Positions 1-12,892 of a DNA stretch of 64,000 nt are shown here, piece by piece. Under the pieces are notes generated by a model. It did no database searches. It was given only the letters and a program-made list of their open reading frames with translations, and was not told where the DNA came from. Each line of letters begins with the position of its first letter. Position 1 is the first letter of the stretch. The position numbers and the translations under genes were made by a program. Source of the DNA: Octopus sinensis (Eukaryota); NCBI RefSeq assembly GCF_006345805.1, contig NC_043010.1, positions 8,742,001 to 8,806,000 on the forward strand, read 5' to 3'.

Positions 1-460
1 TCATACGTTCTCTTCTTTTATTGTTTTCAATTTTTTTTTTATAAATTAAATATGAAGATTTTTTTTGATTTTTTATTCCAATATTTTTTATACTTTTATA
101 AATAATATCAACTAATTAGAAAATGTGATTGTACATTAATATAATTAAACACTGAATAGATGCAGCTGAATTCTATGTAACAAAATTCAATGAGAGAAAG
201 AATGCAAGCTAAATATCTATCTCCATTGTACTTCTTTCAGTATTCACTTCCATAATCTTCTTATATATTCCTTTAATTGACTTTCAATGAACATTGAAAG
301 CAGACATCTTTGGAATTTTTATAGAAGAATAATGAAATGTTAATTTTTTTTTATAACATTATAACAATTTTTTCTATTTTTTTTTTTTGTTTTTGTTCTT
401 TTACTTTATGTTCCCTGAAATGTCCACAATATAACACTGTATAGAATAATTGATGCTTTT

Positions 461-627
461 TTATGCTGATTGTGGTGTTGAAAATGATAATTTGATTCCT
501 GATAGAAATCTTTTGGATGAATTCAATGTGTATGGCCTGAATAAATGATGTTTACTTCTCCACAGACATCTTACTCTAGTATTAACTATGTTATTACTAT
601 CCAATTGTAAATGGCAAACCTGATTCG
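461..627 (-). CDS. Possible terminal coding exon (xNQVCHLQLDSNNIVNTRVRCLWRSKHHLFRPYTLNSSKRFLSGIKLSFSTPQSA*), unassigned
   Basis: Long pyrimidine tract ending tatgtag| at 628-629; phase-1 frame open to TAA at 461-463. No recognisable homology. Confidence 0.2.
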
Positions 628-1191
628 CTACATATAAAATAAGAATAATAAAAAGGAAAAAAAAAATGTTAAAATTGCTGGAAAATGACCTCAAGTTTGG
701 ATAGATTTGTACATTCTCTATTATTCTTTTCCATTAGAAAAGCCAGGAGATATAAAAATATTTAGATATGATTTTAGAATTGGCAATATTGTTCTGAACA
801 AACTTGAATTGTAAATGGAAGATAACCTTATATAGACACTCTATTTGTACAGTTAACCACTGTAATCAGTTTTTCAGTTTTATTGTATATAATCTTGGAA
901 AAAAAAACAAGCCTTGATAAAATATTTGTTTACTTTATATCATCCATGGAATCAAGCTAGCCTTGAATATCTAAGACTTTTCTCTGGATATGAAAATAAT
1001 GATATAGGCAAAATTCAGTTTTGGGGAAAATTTAGGTCTATGATATAGTTGTAAACATTAGCAACTCACATGAATTTTAATATGATCTTGGTGAATATAT
1101 TTGTATTTCTTGATTACTGCTTCCATCTTACTTTCAACATTAACAACTTCTGCTTTCTTTTGTTCAGCATAGTATTCACATTAAAGGTTTA

Positions 1192-1570
1192 GGCGCAATG
1201 GCCCAGTGGTTAGGGCAGCGGACTCGCGGTCGTAGGATCGTGGTTTTGATTCCCAGACCAGGCGTTGTGAGTGTTTATTGAGCGAAAACACCTAAAAGCT
1301 CCACGAGGCTCCAGCAGGGGATGGTGGTGATCCCTGCTGTACTCTTTCACCACAACTTTCTCTCACTCTTACTTCCTGTTTCTGTTGTACCTGTATTTCA
1401 AAGGGCCGGCCTTGTCACTCTCTGTGTCACGCTGAATATCCTCGAGAACTACGTTAAGGGTACACGTGTCTGTGGAGTGCTCAGCCACTTACACATTAAT
1501 TTCACGAGCAGGCTGTTCCATTGATCGGATCAACCGGAACCCTCGTCGTCGTAACCGACAGAGTGCTTCC
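1192..1570 (+). mobile_element. tRNA-headed SINE, family A, 3' tail type i
   Basis: Head ggcgcaatggcccagtggttagggcagcggactc...ggttttgattccc with A-box and B-box-like motifs; target-site duplication attcacattaaagg at 1174-1187 and 1571-1584. Confidence 0.9.
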
Positions 1571-1799
1571 ATTCACATTAAAGGGTTGTTGTCTAGTTTT
1601 TAGGGTGTCAGGATCATAAGGTCAGGGTTTCAAATTCTGGGTATGAAACATTTTGTCACAACTGTTTGGGTGTCACTTACTTGGCATCGTTAACTTGACA
1701 CTGACTTATTTGACAATAGATGTTTCTCTGTTTCTCTTGTTTTCTCCCTACCCTGCGATCCCTTTGTCCCTTTCTGTTTCTGTCCATCTGTATTTGTGT

Positions 1800-2036
1800 T
1801 TCATCATCATCATCATCATCATCATCGTTTAACATCCGTTTTCCGTGCTAGCACGGGTTGGACGGTTCGATCGGGGTCTGGAAAGCTAGGAGGCTGCACC
1901 AGGCTCCAGTCTGATCTGGCAGTGTTTCTACAGCTGGATGCCCTTCCTAACGTCAACCACTCCGTGAGTGTAGTGGGTGCTTTTTACGTGCCACCTGCAC
2001 AGGTGCCAGGGGAGGGGGGCTCTAGCATCGGCCAAG
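1800..2036 (-). mobile_element. RTE-tail interspersed element, family D, one internal repeat unit
   Basis: (TGA)n tail plus the conserved gttaggaagggcatccagctgtagaaac body shared with copies at 22.9, 38.0, 56.0 and 60.7 kb. Confidence 0.8.
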
Positions 2037-2249
2037 AGTCCTTGGAGAAATGTAATGCCTGGTCACATATTATGTTTATGTCCATGAAAAAGAAAAGTGT
2101 TTATGTCAATTGTGTTCAGTTAATAAACTGTAATGTCACCTTCTCTTCCTTTCTGTCTCTAAAGTACTTCCCTCTGTATATGTATATTTCTGCTTGTGTA
2201 ATCATGTGTGTGTGTGTTTGTCTCTGGTACTAAAAAGTTGTGTGTCCAG

Positions 2250-2330
2250 TCATCCATGCCAATTCATCTGAACCCAGACAGTTATTCCCAATCATTTTAT
2301 TCTATCAATTCCTGGACTGGGCTTTTCGAG
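2250..2330 (+). CDS. Candidate plus-strand exon (xIHANSSEPRQLFPIILFYQFLDWAFR)
   Basis: ccag| acceptor, GAG|gtatcc donor, open frame phase 1 to 1. No homology recognised. Confidence 0.2.
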
Positions 2331-2404
2331 GTATCCGAGAAAAACATTTCATTTTATGGCACTCCATTCTACTCAGCTGAAATTGTGTACCAGCTTAATA
2401 CTTA

Positions 2405-2622
2405 TTTCTTTACTGCACACAAGGGGCTAAACACAGAGGACAGACAAAGGGATTCAGTCGATTATATCGACCCCAGTGCGTAATTGGTACTTATTTAATC
2501 GACCCTGAAAGGATGAAAGGCAAAGTCAACCTCGGCGGAATTTGAACTCAGAATGTGACGGCAGACGAAATACCGCTAAGCATTTCACCCGGCGTGCTAA
2601 CGTTTCTGCCAGCTCACCACCT
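2405..2622 (-). mobile_element. SINE family B
   Basis: Reverse complement of gagctggcagaaacgttagcacgccggg...gagttcaaattccgccgagg...ggggtcgattaa...gccccttgtg, also seen at 12893, 19851 and 45111. Confidence 0.85.
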
Positions 2623-2879
2623 TTTCCAGCTTAATACCAGCTTAATACTGGTGCAACAATTTCTCTCACAAACTGCTTCTTCCTCACTAGGTTAAGAAGT
2701 GAGAGGGTCCTAGATGATGCCTATATCTGCTAGTGATTACATAAGTATTTAAAAACAATTAACAAGACCATAGTATGTATAACCAGATCATACTCAGTTG
2801 TAAGTGACAACTATATTTATTTTTTTTATCTACATTAAATGCAGGTATATTTTTTAGTGTATTTAATCTTTATAGCCAT

Positions 2880-3085
2880 GAGTATACCGGAGTAAACACA
2901 TAAATGTGAAACAAGGTGGAAAAAAGAGTACTCAAATACCAGAGGTAGAGTAATATGCTTTATTTAAGAGCAGCAGAAATTTAACAAAAGCTGTTACTTG
3001 GAGTTTCACGTTCCCGTTCGTCAGACTGTTTTGTTGGAACGTGAAACTCAGAGTAACAGCTTTTGTTAAATTTCTGCTGCTTTTG
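2880..3085 (-). mobile_element. Penelope-like pseudo-LTR fragment with inverted end
   Basis: 46-bp inverted arms (2969-3014 and 3036-3081) and a hammerhead-like core on the minus strand. PLE assignment is by inference from this architecture. Confidence 0.55.
2990..3029 (-). ncRNA. Minimal type I hammerhead ribozyme motif, canonical core, imperfect stem I
   Basis: Minus strand reads ACAGU-CUGACGA-ACG(GGAA)CGU-GAAAC-UCCAA-GUA-ACAGC. Confidence 0.55.
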
Positions 3086-5907
3086 AATTATAGCCATGAG
3101 TATTACAGATTAGAAGATGATCTTCCGACAAATATAGTTTGAAATTCAGTTTCAGTTCCCAGTGGAAGTATTTCATTTAAATTATGTTGTTAATACTCTT
3201 AGAATAAACATTTTTAAGCAAGACTCACTACTTCATTTCTGAAAATGGGAGAAGTACTGATGCAATGATGAATAACTCCGAGCACGAAAGGTCAAGAAAT
3301 TGACTGTATTTCACCAGCAAGAGGGATGAATAAACGTCTCTGTGCCGATTATCTCATTTCTGAGTCCTTGAAGAAATATAATGCCTGGTCACATATTATG
3401 TAAATTTTGTTTAATTAAAATTAAAAAGAAGAAAAAACAAACAAACAAACAAAAAACAGCATGAACTTTTCTGATAAAGCATCAAAATTTAATAATATTT
3501 TATTATATAAACACGAAGTCTGTGGAGAATTGTGACTTTGTGATGTTCATGGTTCTCTCAGAATCATTAGCAATGTCAGCTTTGCAGACCGAGTTTTCCA
3601 ACTTTAAATAATGTAAATGGAATTGTAACATCAGATAAATTATAATTGTCATTATAATTGTCATTTTTATAGATTTTATTTCTTGATGAGACAATTCCCT
3701 AAGTTCTCATATAATGAAAACAGCCAATAAACACAAGTTAAAAGAAAATATTTCTTATGAAATGGCTGCTTCTTTAACATCTGGTTGTGAAATTCTGTTC
3801 TTGCTGTAAATCAAACTTAAATTCAGAGATAAAATGATCTTGGATATTGAAGCAGTTATTGTTATTCTTTTACAAAAGAATATTCTTTTTAAATAAATAA
3901 ATATAATTTTGAAAATGCCATAAAATGTTTAATAGGTTTATTGTTAGCATTTCTTCAAATTTTTATTTTCTCCAAGAAAATATAACTTGTAAGTAGTCAA
4001 ACACTTGATGAATCATAGAAATCCATATCTTTTGTAATCACATGCTAGTGAAATATCACTGGTACCATCTCATGGGAGCAAGAATGGCTACTGTACAGTT
4101 CAGAAGTTAGCTTCATAACAACATCATTGAGCATTTGATCCTACAGTGCTGAACCCAGAAAAAGAGTATTATGCTATGATTTGGTTCAAGAAAAAAAAAA
4201 AAACAAAAAAAAAACATGTGAGTGAAATTTGCTTGAGAGAAACTATGTGAAAGGTTGCATGTGTGACTGTTGCTGTTCTTGAATGGATACATGTCATCTG
4301 TCTCTGGGTTTAACGCCACCACCTAGACTTTGGCCACTTTTAACATCCAGTGTTGAAGTCAATCAGGCAAGGTTTGCTGGTCTGAGGGTAACTTCGCTTC
4401 CTCCAATGAGCTCCTGATGCCAAGAAGTGGGTAATGGATATTGTACTTCTTTATCTGAGTTAGTAATGAAATTAAACTTAAAAAAACACACCACTACCTA
4501 GGTAAGGTACTAAACTTTTTTTGCTCTACTAACTAAAATGGAGCACTGAACTAACTCATCATTTTCAGTAACAAAATAAAAAAAAAATGTAAATATTTCC
4601 AAAGTCTTAGATGATTGCAAGGAGGTGGAGTTTAGCCGAATTTTTATAGCATTGTACTGATGAGAGATATAAAAGAGAATTGCTGGTCTACATCAGATAA
4701 AAAAAATTCCAGATAATCAGATAACTATTTCAGACAAGTTTGATCTTCCCATATTGAAATCCTCTCTCACTCAATAAACTAAGTATTTACATTATTCGTG
4801 GGAGGATGCAATTTTACTTCACTCTCCCTACAGATACATTCATTTCTTTATCATTTTTGGGGGTTTTTTTCAGCAATACTCTTTACTCCACCTTCATAAT
4901 AACAACATCTTTTACTTTTCACTCACAACAGAAACATTTATTACTTACCCACCCTTTCCATAGAATCACTCACTACTTCCATTCAGCCCTTTCAATATAG
5001 CAGTGAAATCTCTCTCAAATCACACCTTAACACTTTCTAAACATCTTTATTTGTTGTATCTAGAGGAAGGGGTTGGTTCAGGCATTTCACGGGCCTTAGA
5101 CTGATGAAAGTGAAGCCATTAACATTCTGCTTAAGCTGGTTAACAGTTGATGGCTGCAGGAAAGACATGCTGGGATGGCACTCCAGATGGCCAACATCCT
5201 GAAGGAAAAGGTTGTGGTTTCATGGTCAGGATGGGGCTTCAGACATTTGTCTTCAGTGCAACTTGAAGAATGATAAGAAAATGAAAGATGAATTGATAAT
5301 GCTTGAGTGAAGGTGGCACAAGACCAGCCAGCTCTGAGAAGCTGAGGTTATTTTAGTAGCATCTGAAAATGCAAAGAAAGGAAACAGATATTTAGGGGCC
5401 ACAAGTTGGAATGTGTTGACAAATGACTTCATGATGAAAAAAAACAACAAAAGAAAACCTTCTAATATGTCATTTAAAAATATTGAATAATGTAAATGTA
5501 TTGACCGTAGAAACTCTGCCTTCTCATACGAGGTGGTCATAGCTTATATATCTTTTTTTTTTTACTTGTTGAGCACAGAAGCAGAGGCAGAGCCCACAAA
5601 ATTTACAGGACCTCCAAGACTACTGAAGTTGATACACATCTTTGACTAGAAGTGTGTTGTAAGAGGATTTACCTGGGTTCAAACAACAATTTCATTATTT
5701 ATTCCTTCAGTGCAGCAAAATATATTGTTTCACTGGGGATGGTCAAAAATAAATTAAATCCTCTGACCGATCAATTATATGGGTAGAATGAAACAATTGG
5801 GTACAGCAATTTGGATGCTTGGATATTTAGCATGGCTGACAAGATTTTGAACCTGTTTTGGCAACTGTACTGTTTGACACCACAGGCAAACACATATGCA
5901 TGTACAT

Positions 5908-5940
<33 letters not shown>

Positions 5941-6689
5941 GAGAAAGAGAGAAAGAGAAAGAGAGAAAGAGAAAGAGAGAGATTGAGAGAGGGAGAGAGA
6001 GAGAGAGAGTCATTGCAATACATTACTTCAACACAATTGAGGTAGACACTTTCAGTCTCTTTTGACACAAAAAGAGAAATAGACTTACACATGTAGAGAG
6101 AGAGAGAGAGAGAGAGAGGGGGAGGGAGAAAGAGAGAGAGAAAGAGAGAGAGAGGGAGAGAGACTGACAGCCAGAGAAAGCAAAAGAAAGTTCTTGCAAC
6201 ATTGTTATTCTATTAGTGAGAAATTGTTGATAGCTTCTTCAACAATTCACCATTTCTGGAGAAAGGGACATTCTGAACAGCCTCCTACAACTCTTCTCAC
6301 TGGACAATTAAATTAAATCAGAAAGAAAGAGAGACAGACAGACAGACAGACAGAAGAATGACCCCCCAGTTCTCGAGGGGTACTTCATTCATTGATCTCA
6401 AAGTGATAAAATGCAAGACAGAATTTAAACTCAGAGAGTAGAGATCCAAAACAAATAATACAAGGGATTTTATCTAACATTTTAATAACTCTACCAATTC
6501 CCTGCCTGGTGGACAGTGTATTTTTTTATCTTCTATTTATGTCAGTCATATGACTACGGCCATGCTGGGGCACTACCTTGAATGGTTTTGTTGAATAAAT
6601 CAACCTTAACAGTTATTCTATTAGTCACACTTTTACTGAACTACTAAATTTTGAGGATGTAAACAAAGGTGAAGGTGCAGGCTCACAAT

Positions 6690-6960
6690 CATGAGGTAGT
6701 GCTTTCGATTCCTGGACTGGGCTGTGTGTTGCGTTCTTGAGCAAGGCACTTTATTTCACATTATTCTTGCCCAAGATACATTATTTCACATTGCTCCGGT
6801 TCACTCAGCTGTAGACACATGAGTTGCGATGCCACTGGTGTCAAGCTGTGTCAGCCTTTGTCAGTGGCACAGAAAGGGGAGGCTGGTAAGCATGGGTGAC
6901 TGCCAGACTTCCCTAACAACCTTTCCTGGATTGTGCCTCCATGCAATCCCATGGTCATTC
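6690..6960 (+). mobile_element. Diverged tRNA-headed SINE, separate family
   Basis: gctcacaatcatgaggtagtgctttcgattcctggactggg head with a B-box-like TTCGATTCC, followed by gttcttgagcaaggcacttt. Confidence 0.55.
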
Positions 6961-7074
6961 ATGACCAGACCGGGGTGGTGGGTGGGGTCTTAACTTGTTT
7001 ATCTTAAACAAAGCAACTCTAATTGTCAAACACAAAGGCACATGTGCACACACACAGACACAGGCACACTCTTT

Positions 7075-7484
7075 TTTTCCTTTTTTTTTTTACTTGTTTC
7101 AGTCATTTGATTGCGGCCATGCTGGAGCACCGCCTTTAGTCGATCAAATCGATCCCGGGACTTATTCTTTGTAAGCCCAGTACTTATTCTATCGGTCTCT
7201 TTTGCCGAACCACTAAGTGACGAGGACGTAAACACACCAGCATCGGTTGTCAAGCAATGCTAGGGGGACAAACACAGACACACAGACATGTACATACACA
7301 TACATACATATATATACATATATACGACAGGCTTCTTTCAGTTTCCGTCTACCAAATCCACTCACAAGGCATTGGTCGGCCCGAGGCTATAGCAGAAGAC
7401 ACTTGCCCAAGATGCCATGCAGTGGGACTGAACCCAGAACCATGTGGTTGGTAGGCAAGCTACTTACCACACAGCCACTCCTGC
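7075..7484 (-). mobile_element. SINE family C, near full length
   Basis: Head gcgcaggagtggctgtgtggtaagtagcttg, internal (TA)/(TG) tract and gaaacaagtaaaa tail; many similar copies in the window. Confidence 0.9.
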
Positions 7485-7914
7485 GCACACACACACTCAC
7501 ATACATGATGGAGTCCCTCACTGATTCCCTATTCTAAATTCACTCAAAAAACATTAGTCTGCTCCAGGCTATGGTAGAAGACACTTGTCCTAAGTGCCAA
7601 GGTGTCATATTTCAATGCACCTGTACTCAGAGCATTGAAGCTCAAAAATGAAAACCCTTATCTTTTCTTAACTGGACGTGTCTTCCGTATGGAACTATGA
7701 ATAATATCAATCAATCGATCATCCATACAAAACAGTTTACATTAAACTGGCTACGCACAAAAGACAACTAGGATCCAGTTTTCCAGTAAAAAGGAGAGTA
7801 AAAGGAGAGTAAAAAGGAGAGTAATGAGGATTGCCAAGTTAATAACCACATTAATAAATGTTGCAATTAAAACAAAAAGACATTGCTCAAACATTGATCA
7901 TCTTGTGATTGTTA

Positions 7915-8612
7915 GTGTGCGTGTATTTGTGTGTATTTATGTGTGTGTTTATGTGTGTGTATGTTTGTGTGTGTGTGTTTCTGTGTGTATATTTATGTGT
8001 GTGTATGTCAGTGTGTGTGTGTTTATGTGTGTGTATGTCAGTGTGTGTGTGTTTATGTGTGTGTATGTCAGTGTGTGTGTGTTTATGTGTGTGTATGTCA
8101 GTGTGTGTGTGTTTATGTGTGTGTATGTTTGTGCTTATGTGCGTGTATGTTTGTGTGTGTGTGTGTGTATTTATGTGTGTTTATGTGTGTGTATGTGTGT
8201 GTGTGTGTGCTGTGTGTGCTGTGTGTGTTTCTGTGTGTGTTTATGTGTGTGTATGTTTGTGTGTGTTTCTGTGTGTGTGCCGTGTATGTGTTTCTGTGTG
8301 TGTGTTTATGTGTGTGTGCTTGTGTGTGTGTGCTGTGTGTGTGTGTGTGTGCTGTGTGTGTATGTTTGTGTGTGTGTGTGTGTGTATGTTTGTGTGTGTT
8401 TCTGTGTGTGTGCCGTGTATGTGTTTCTGTGTGTGTGTTTATGTGTGTGTGCTTGTGTGTGTGTGTGTGCTGTGTGTGTGTGTGTGCTGTGTGTGTGTGT
8501 GTGTGTGCTGTGTGTGTATTTCTGTGTGTGTGTATTTCTGTGTGTGTGTTTGTGTGTGTGTGTGCACATGTGTGTGTGTGTGCACATGTGTGTGTGTGTG
8601 TGTGTGTGTGTT
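7915..8612. repeat. Degenerate (GT)n array with higher-order 30-bp units
   Basis: Directly visible; the unit gtgtgtgtatgtcagtgtgtgtgtgtttat recurs about four times near 8000-8130. Confidence 0.95.
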
Positions 8613-8900
8613 TACATGATGTGTTGAGTCGATAATCTTTTGCTGCTTTCGTGATAGAATATTGCTTTCAAGTGTTTAATTGATTGCAGCACTTATTAGT
8701 CTGGTCTTTATTTTATCAATCTCTGTTCCTCAAACGGCTAAGTTACCTTTCTTGATGTAAAGAGATGCACAGTCAAACACTTGTCTGCATTGGAGTATGT
8801 GCATATATGAGTAATTATCTGTCTATTTACTGCACGTCCATGCATACACACTCATATGGTTACACATACATGCTTATGTATATGTGTATGTATATATACC

Positions 8901-9291
8901 CTTTTACTCTTTTACTCTTTTACTTGTTTCAGTCAGTTGACTGCGGCCATGCTGGAGCACCGCCTTTAGTCGAGCAAATCAACCCCGGGACTTTGTAAGC
9001 CCAGTACTTATTCTATCGGTCTCTTTTGCCGAACCGCTAAGTTACAGGGACGTAAACACACCAGCATCGGTTGTCAAGCAATGCTAGGGGGACGAACACA
9101 GACACACAAACACACACACATATATATATATATATACGACAGGCTTCTTTCAGTTTCCGTCTACCAAATCCACTCACAAGGCTGGCCCAGGGCTATAGCA
9201 GAAGACCCTTGCCCAAGATGCCACGCAGTGGGATTGAACCCTGAACCATGTGGTTGGTTAGCAAGCTACTTACCACACAGCCACTCCTGCA
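8901..9291 (-). mobile_element. SINE family C
   Basis: Same body as 7075-7484 with a (ttttactc)n tail on the plus strand. Confidence 0.9.
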
Positions 9292-10068
9292 CCTATATAT
9301 ATATATATGCTAGCAGGAGCTGGATATAAATTTGTTAGTTTGTTGAGGCATTATTCTACAATTGGATGCCCTTCCTGTTGCTAACCTTAACCTGATTTTT
9401 AAGACTGGGCCTTTCATCTTTTTAGCTCACATGTCAAAAAGCACAGACCAACAGGATCATATATTTACTGGGAATATCAAGATGACATCATGGATTTTGG
9501 TCTAAGGTGCAGAATGCAAATATGCCGACGACCGCTCGGTTCAAAGTCTCCCTTGACCACAAGTGGCCTGAACTCTTTACATGAACACTACCCTGTACAT
9601 AACTCCATGTCCCCCTACATGGCCTTGCTTTTTGCTTTTTGAGCCAAAAAATTAACTAACTAACATACATGCATACATATTGTCTACACAGTGAGAACAA
9701 ACTCTTTACTGCATGGTTTCAAAGCAAACTTCTTAACCACATGCTCATGGCTACAGAGAGTCAGGCAGTTAAAAAGTTCACTTCACAACCAAGTGGTTTC
9801 TGGTTCGATCCCACTGCCAATCAATGTCTTATGAGTGAATTTTTACTTGAAGGTGACTGGAAAGGGCCTGTTGCATAAATGCATATATACATACATATAC
9901 AATTACATACAAACATGTATACATATATACATACATACATTTATGTATGTGTGTGTGTGTGGAAGTGAATATGTGTGTTGGGTCTTTTACATCTCTTGAC
10001 ACTTGTGTTTTGATTGTAAACATTGACATCATTCATACAGATGGTGTCATTTGTTTGCCATTTTTCAG

Positions 10069-10146
10069 GAAAACATATCCAGCCTTTGATCTCTTCATTG
10101 TTTGAAGTTCTAGGGGATATGTTACTTTGTTTGGAATCAGATGCAG
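10069..10146 (+). CDS. Candidate plus-strand exon (xKHIQPLISSLFEVLGDMLLCLESDA)
   Basis: tttgccatttttcag| acceptor and CAG|gtttgt donor; phase 1 to 1. The opposite strand is also open here (ORF 9941-10156), so the strand is ambiguous. Confidence 0.25.
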
Positions 10147-10239
10147 GTTTGTTCAACAGGGAGAGCTTCTAACCTTAGAGAACTTTTTGCAAAAAGGTTA
10201 CACCTGACCCTTGGAAGCATGAAAAAGTGGACATCAAAG

Positions 10240-10475
10240 ACATGATGATGATGATGAGGATATCTATTATGATGATGATGGCAATGATGATGATGATGAT
10301 GGAGATGACAATGACAATGATGCTGCTGCTGATGATGATGATGATGACATAAATGATGATAACAACTAAGATGATGATAACAATGACAATGATGAAGATG
10401 ATGGCAATGATGATAGCAAAATTAAAATTTTGATGATGATGACAATGATGAGAATGATGATGATGATGATGAGAA
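10240..10475. repeat. Degenerate (TGA)n trinucleotide array
   Basis: Directly visible. Confidence 0.9.
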
Positions 10476-10704
10476 GGATGTTGCTGTTTCTGCTGTGTCC
10501 ATTTATATACTGTAAATGGTTCAATGAAATAAGAACAAGACTGCAAAAGGCTTTGTGGTGAAAGCAGTCGGCTAAAATCCTCAAAGCCGATGCCCAGGCA
10601 TGGCCAGAGTCAAATGACTGTCACCAGTAAAGCAATAAAAGAAAAAAACAAAACTACTCATGATTTTTCTCGAAGTATTAACTTGGAAATATCATGAGTA
10701 GTTT

Positions 10705-10739
<35 letters not shown>

Positions 10740-10847
10740 TTCAGCAAAAAACGAAACAAACTAAAGAAAGAATAATCAAAACGATATGAAAATCCAATAA
10801 ATAAGTAAATATATATAATGTGATTTTCTGTCTGCTGATATCAATAG

Positions 10848-10884
10848 AAAGTTTGATAAATGTAGCTGAACTATACAGAATGAA
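10848..10884 (+). CDS. Candidate plus-strand micro-exon (ESLINVAELYRM)
   Basis: caatag| acceptor and GAA|gtatga donor; phase-compatible with 10069-10146. Confidence 0.2.
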
Positions 10885-12113
10885 GTATGAGCTTTCATAT
10901 CAAACATTCTGGTTGGAATAATGAATATATTGTAAGTAATTATCTTTAGCAAAAGAATTTCTCTGTTTGCAAATCACTTATATATATATTTCAATGTAGC
11001 ATTTAGCTCTAGTGAAAAGCTCAGTGAGTATTTCTAAGCTTATCCATTATTTCCTTCTCCTTAAGCAAATAAGTCATTAGGGGAATGAATTCTATTTGTT
11101 ATTTTCTCTTCCTTTTATTTCTATTTTAATCCATCTATAACAAGAAACAAAATTTTGTTTTATCGGATTATTTAAATAATCGTAGTTATATTACATTAGC
11201 CTTTAAAAGGCTTTGTCGTAATCTTTAATCACTGCATGTAATCTAGTTTTAGATCTTGCGAGTTTAGTTATCTAACGACTAAACAAAGGTAGATAGAGTA
11301 AAAGAAATTCTCTGTTTTCTAAAATAGAGATTGTCTTTGAATATAGAAGACATAGAAAGTTGAATTCTAGGTAGGTAATTTTGACAAAAAGTAATTTATA
11401 TCTTTTATTTAAAAATAATACACACTGCAATACCTATTTAGAACTAAAAGAATAAATTAATATTTAAAATAAAATAATAAGGATGAAAATAACTTGTAGT
11501 TTGCTTTTAATCATCATCATCATCATCATCATTGTTGTTGTTGTTGTTGACATCATCATTGTCATCATTGTCGTCATCAACATCATCACTATCAATATCA
11601 TCATTGCCATTGTCATCATTGTCATTTAATGTCTATTCCCCATGCTGGCATAGATTGGTTTGTCAGGGTCTGGTGAGCCCTAGGGCAATGTCATGCTCCA
11701 ATGCTGGCTTTGGCATGGTTTCTATGGTTGGATACCTTTTCTGATGCCAACTACTTAACTGGGGACATGGGGTGCTTTTTACATGCCACTAGCACTAGTA
11801 AGTTGCAAGACAGAACCCCCCCCCCCCAAAAAAAAACAGGGAAACGATAAAAAGCTCCTAAGTTTGTGTTTGAGGAATATTTGAAAGGTGGAGGTGCCCT
11901 TAGTCCAAGTGACAGGAGGCTAAAGTGTGACAGAGGAACTTGTACATGGGGTTTTCTGTAGGGGAGATACATGGTTACCTTACCTTATATAAGGGTGAGA
12001 AGTAGTAAGTGAAAAAGAGGTTGAAGGAAGTAAAATATAGGAGAAAATCTATCAGAGCTGATGTATAAAAAAAGAACAATTAAAATTTTTAAATATAAAA
12101 ATGCAATTCTTAC

Positions 12114-12225
12114 CACAGGAAACTGAATCCAGTTCTTCAGAAAAATGATGCATGGTGGCTTGTTTGAATTTCACTGTGTTCAAAAATTTCTGGAAGTTTG
12201 GTCTTGCTGTGAAAGAATTTCTGAG
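12114..12225 (-). CDS. Candidate exon (LRNSFTARPNFQKFLNTVKFKQATMHHFSEELDSVSC)
   Basis: T-rich tract then cttgtag|; strong TGTG|gtaaga donor; open frame phase 0 to 1. Confidence 0.3.
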
Positions 12226-12289
12226 CTACAAGCCCAAGATATATAAAAAAATAAATATGATTCATATATATCAAATTCACATTTATGAC

Positions 12290-12315
12290 TTATTATTATT
12301 ATCATTATTATTATT

Positions 12316-12370
<55 letters not shown>

Positions 12371-12412
12371 GAATGATGATGATTATTGTTATTGTTATTG
12401 TTGTTGTTATTA

Positions 12413-12460
<48 letters not shown>
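12290..12460. repeat. Compound (TTA)n/(TGA)n microsatellite
   Basis: Directly visible. Confidence 0.95.
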
Positions 12461-12892
12461 ATGAGAGAGCATTGCATGCCATCAAAATGGCACTGGAGGT
12501 AAAATATATGAAGCCCAGTATACCCATCATGGTTATCCATCGGATAAGGGTACACCTGGTACATGCATCATAACCATGTGTCCACGACATGGTGATCCCA
12601 TATCAAAATAAGCAGCACATGACCTTGCAGGTATGGCCCAGTTAGAATTTTCTTCTGTCTGAATAGCCCATCCAGCTCAAAAGATCCTTGAATAAGGGTT
12701 TTTTAAGAATGTTGAAGGAAATACCCATGTTTCCAGAGGTGAGTTATTCAAACCCCAAAGAATTCCTCTCAACACATGCCTATGAGGCTCCATCCAACTA
12801 CCTCTGCCCTCATGAACAGAGATGCACATATCATCAGCCACCAAGGAACATGCTCAACTAGTTAAGAACAAACAACTGAGTAGCAAATCTAT

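Noticed and set aside
1192-1260. tRNA-like sequence
   Set aside because: It is the head of a SINE with a body and target-site duplication, not a standalone tRNA gene.
5063-5250. Protein-like frame (GLVQAFHGP*TDESEAINILLKLVNS*WLQERHAGM...)
   Set aside because: Two in-frame stops and no recognisable homology; cannot be called a pseudogene without a search.
7824-8635. Long Cys/Val-rich ORFs of 234-267 aa
   Set aside because: Translations of a (GT)n array, open in several frames; the same applies to the TA, TATC, TGA and ACTTTC ORFs elsewhere.
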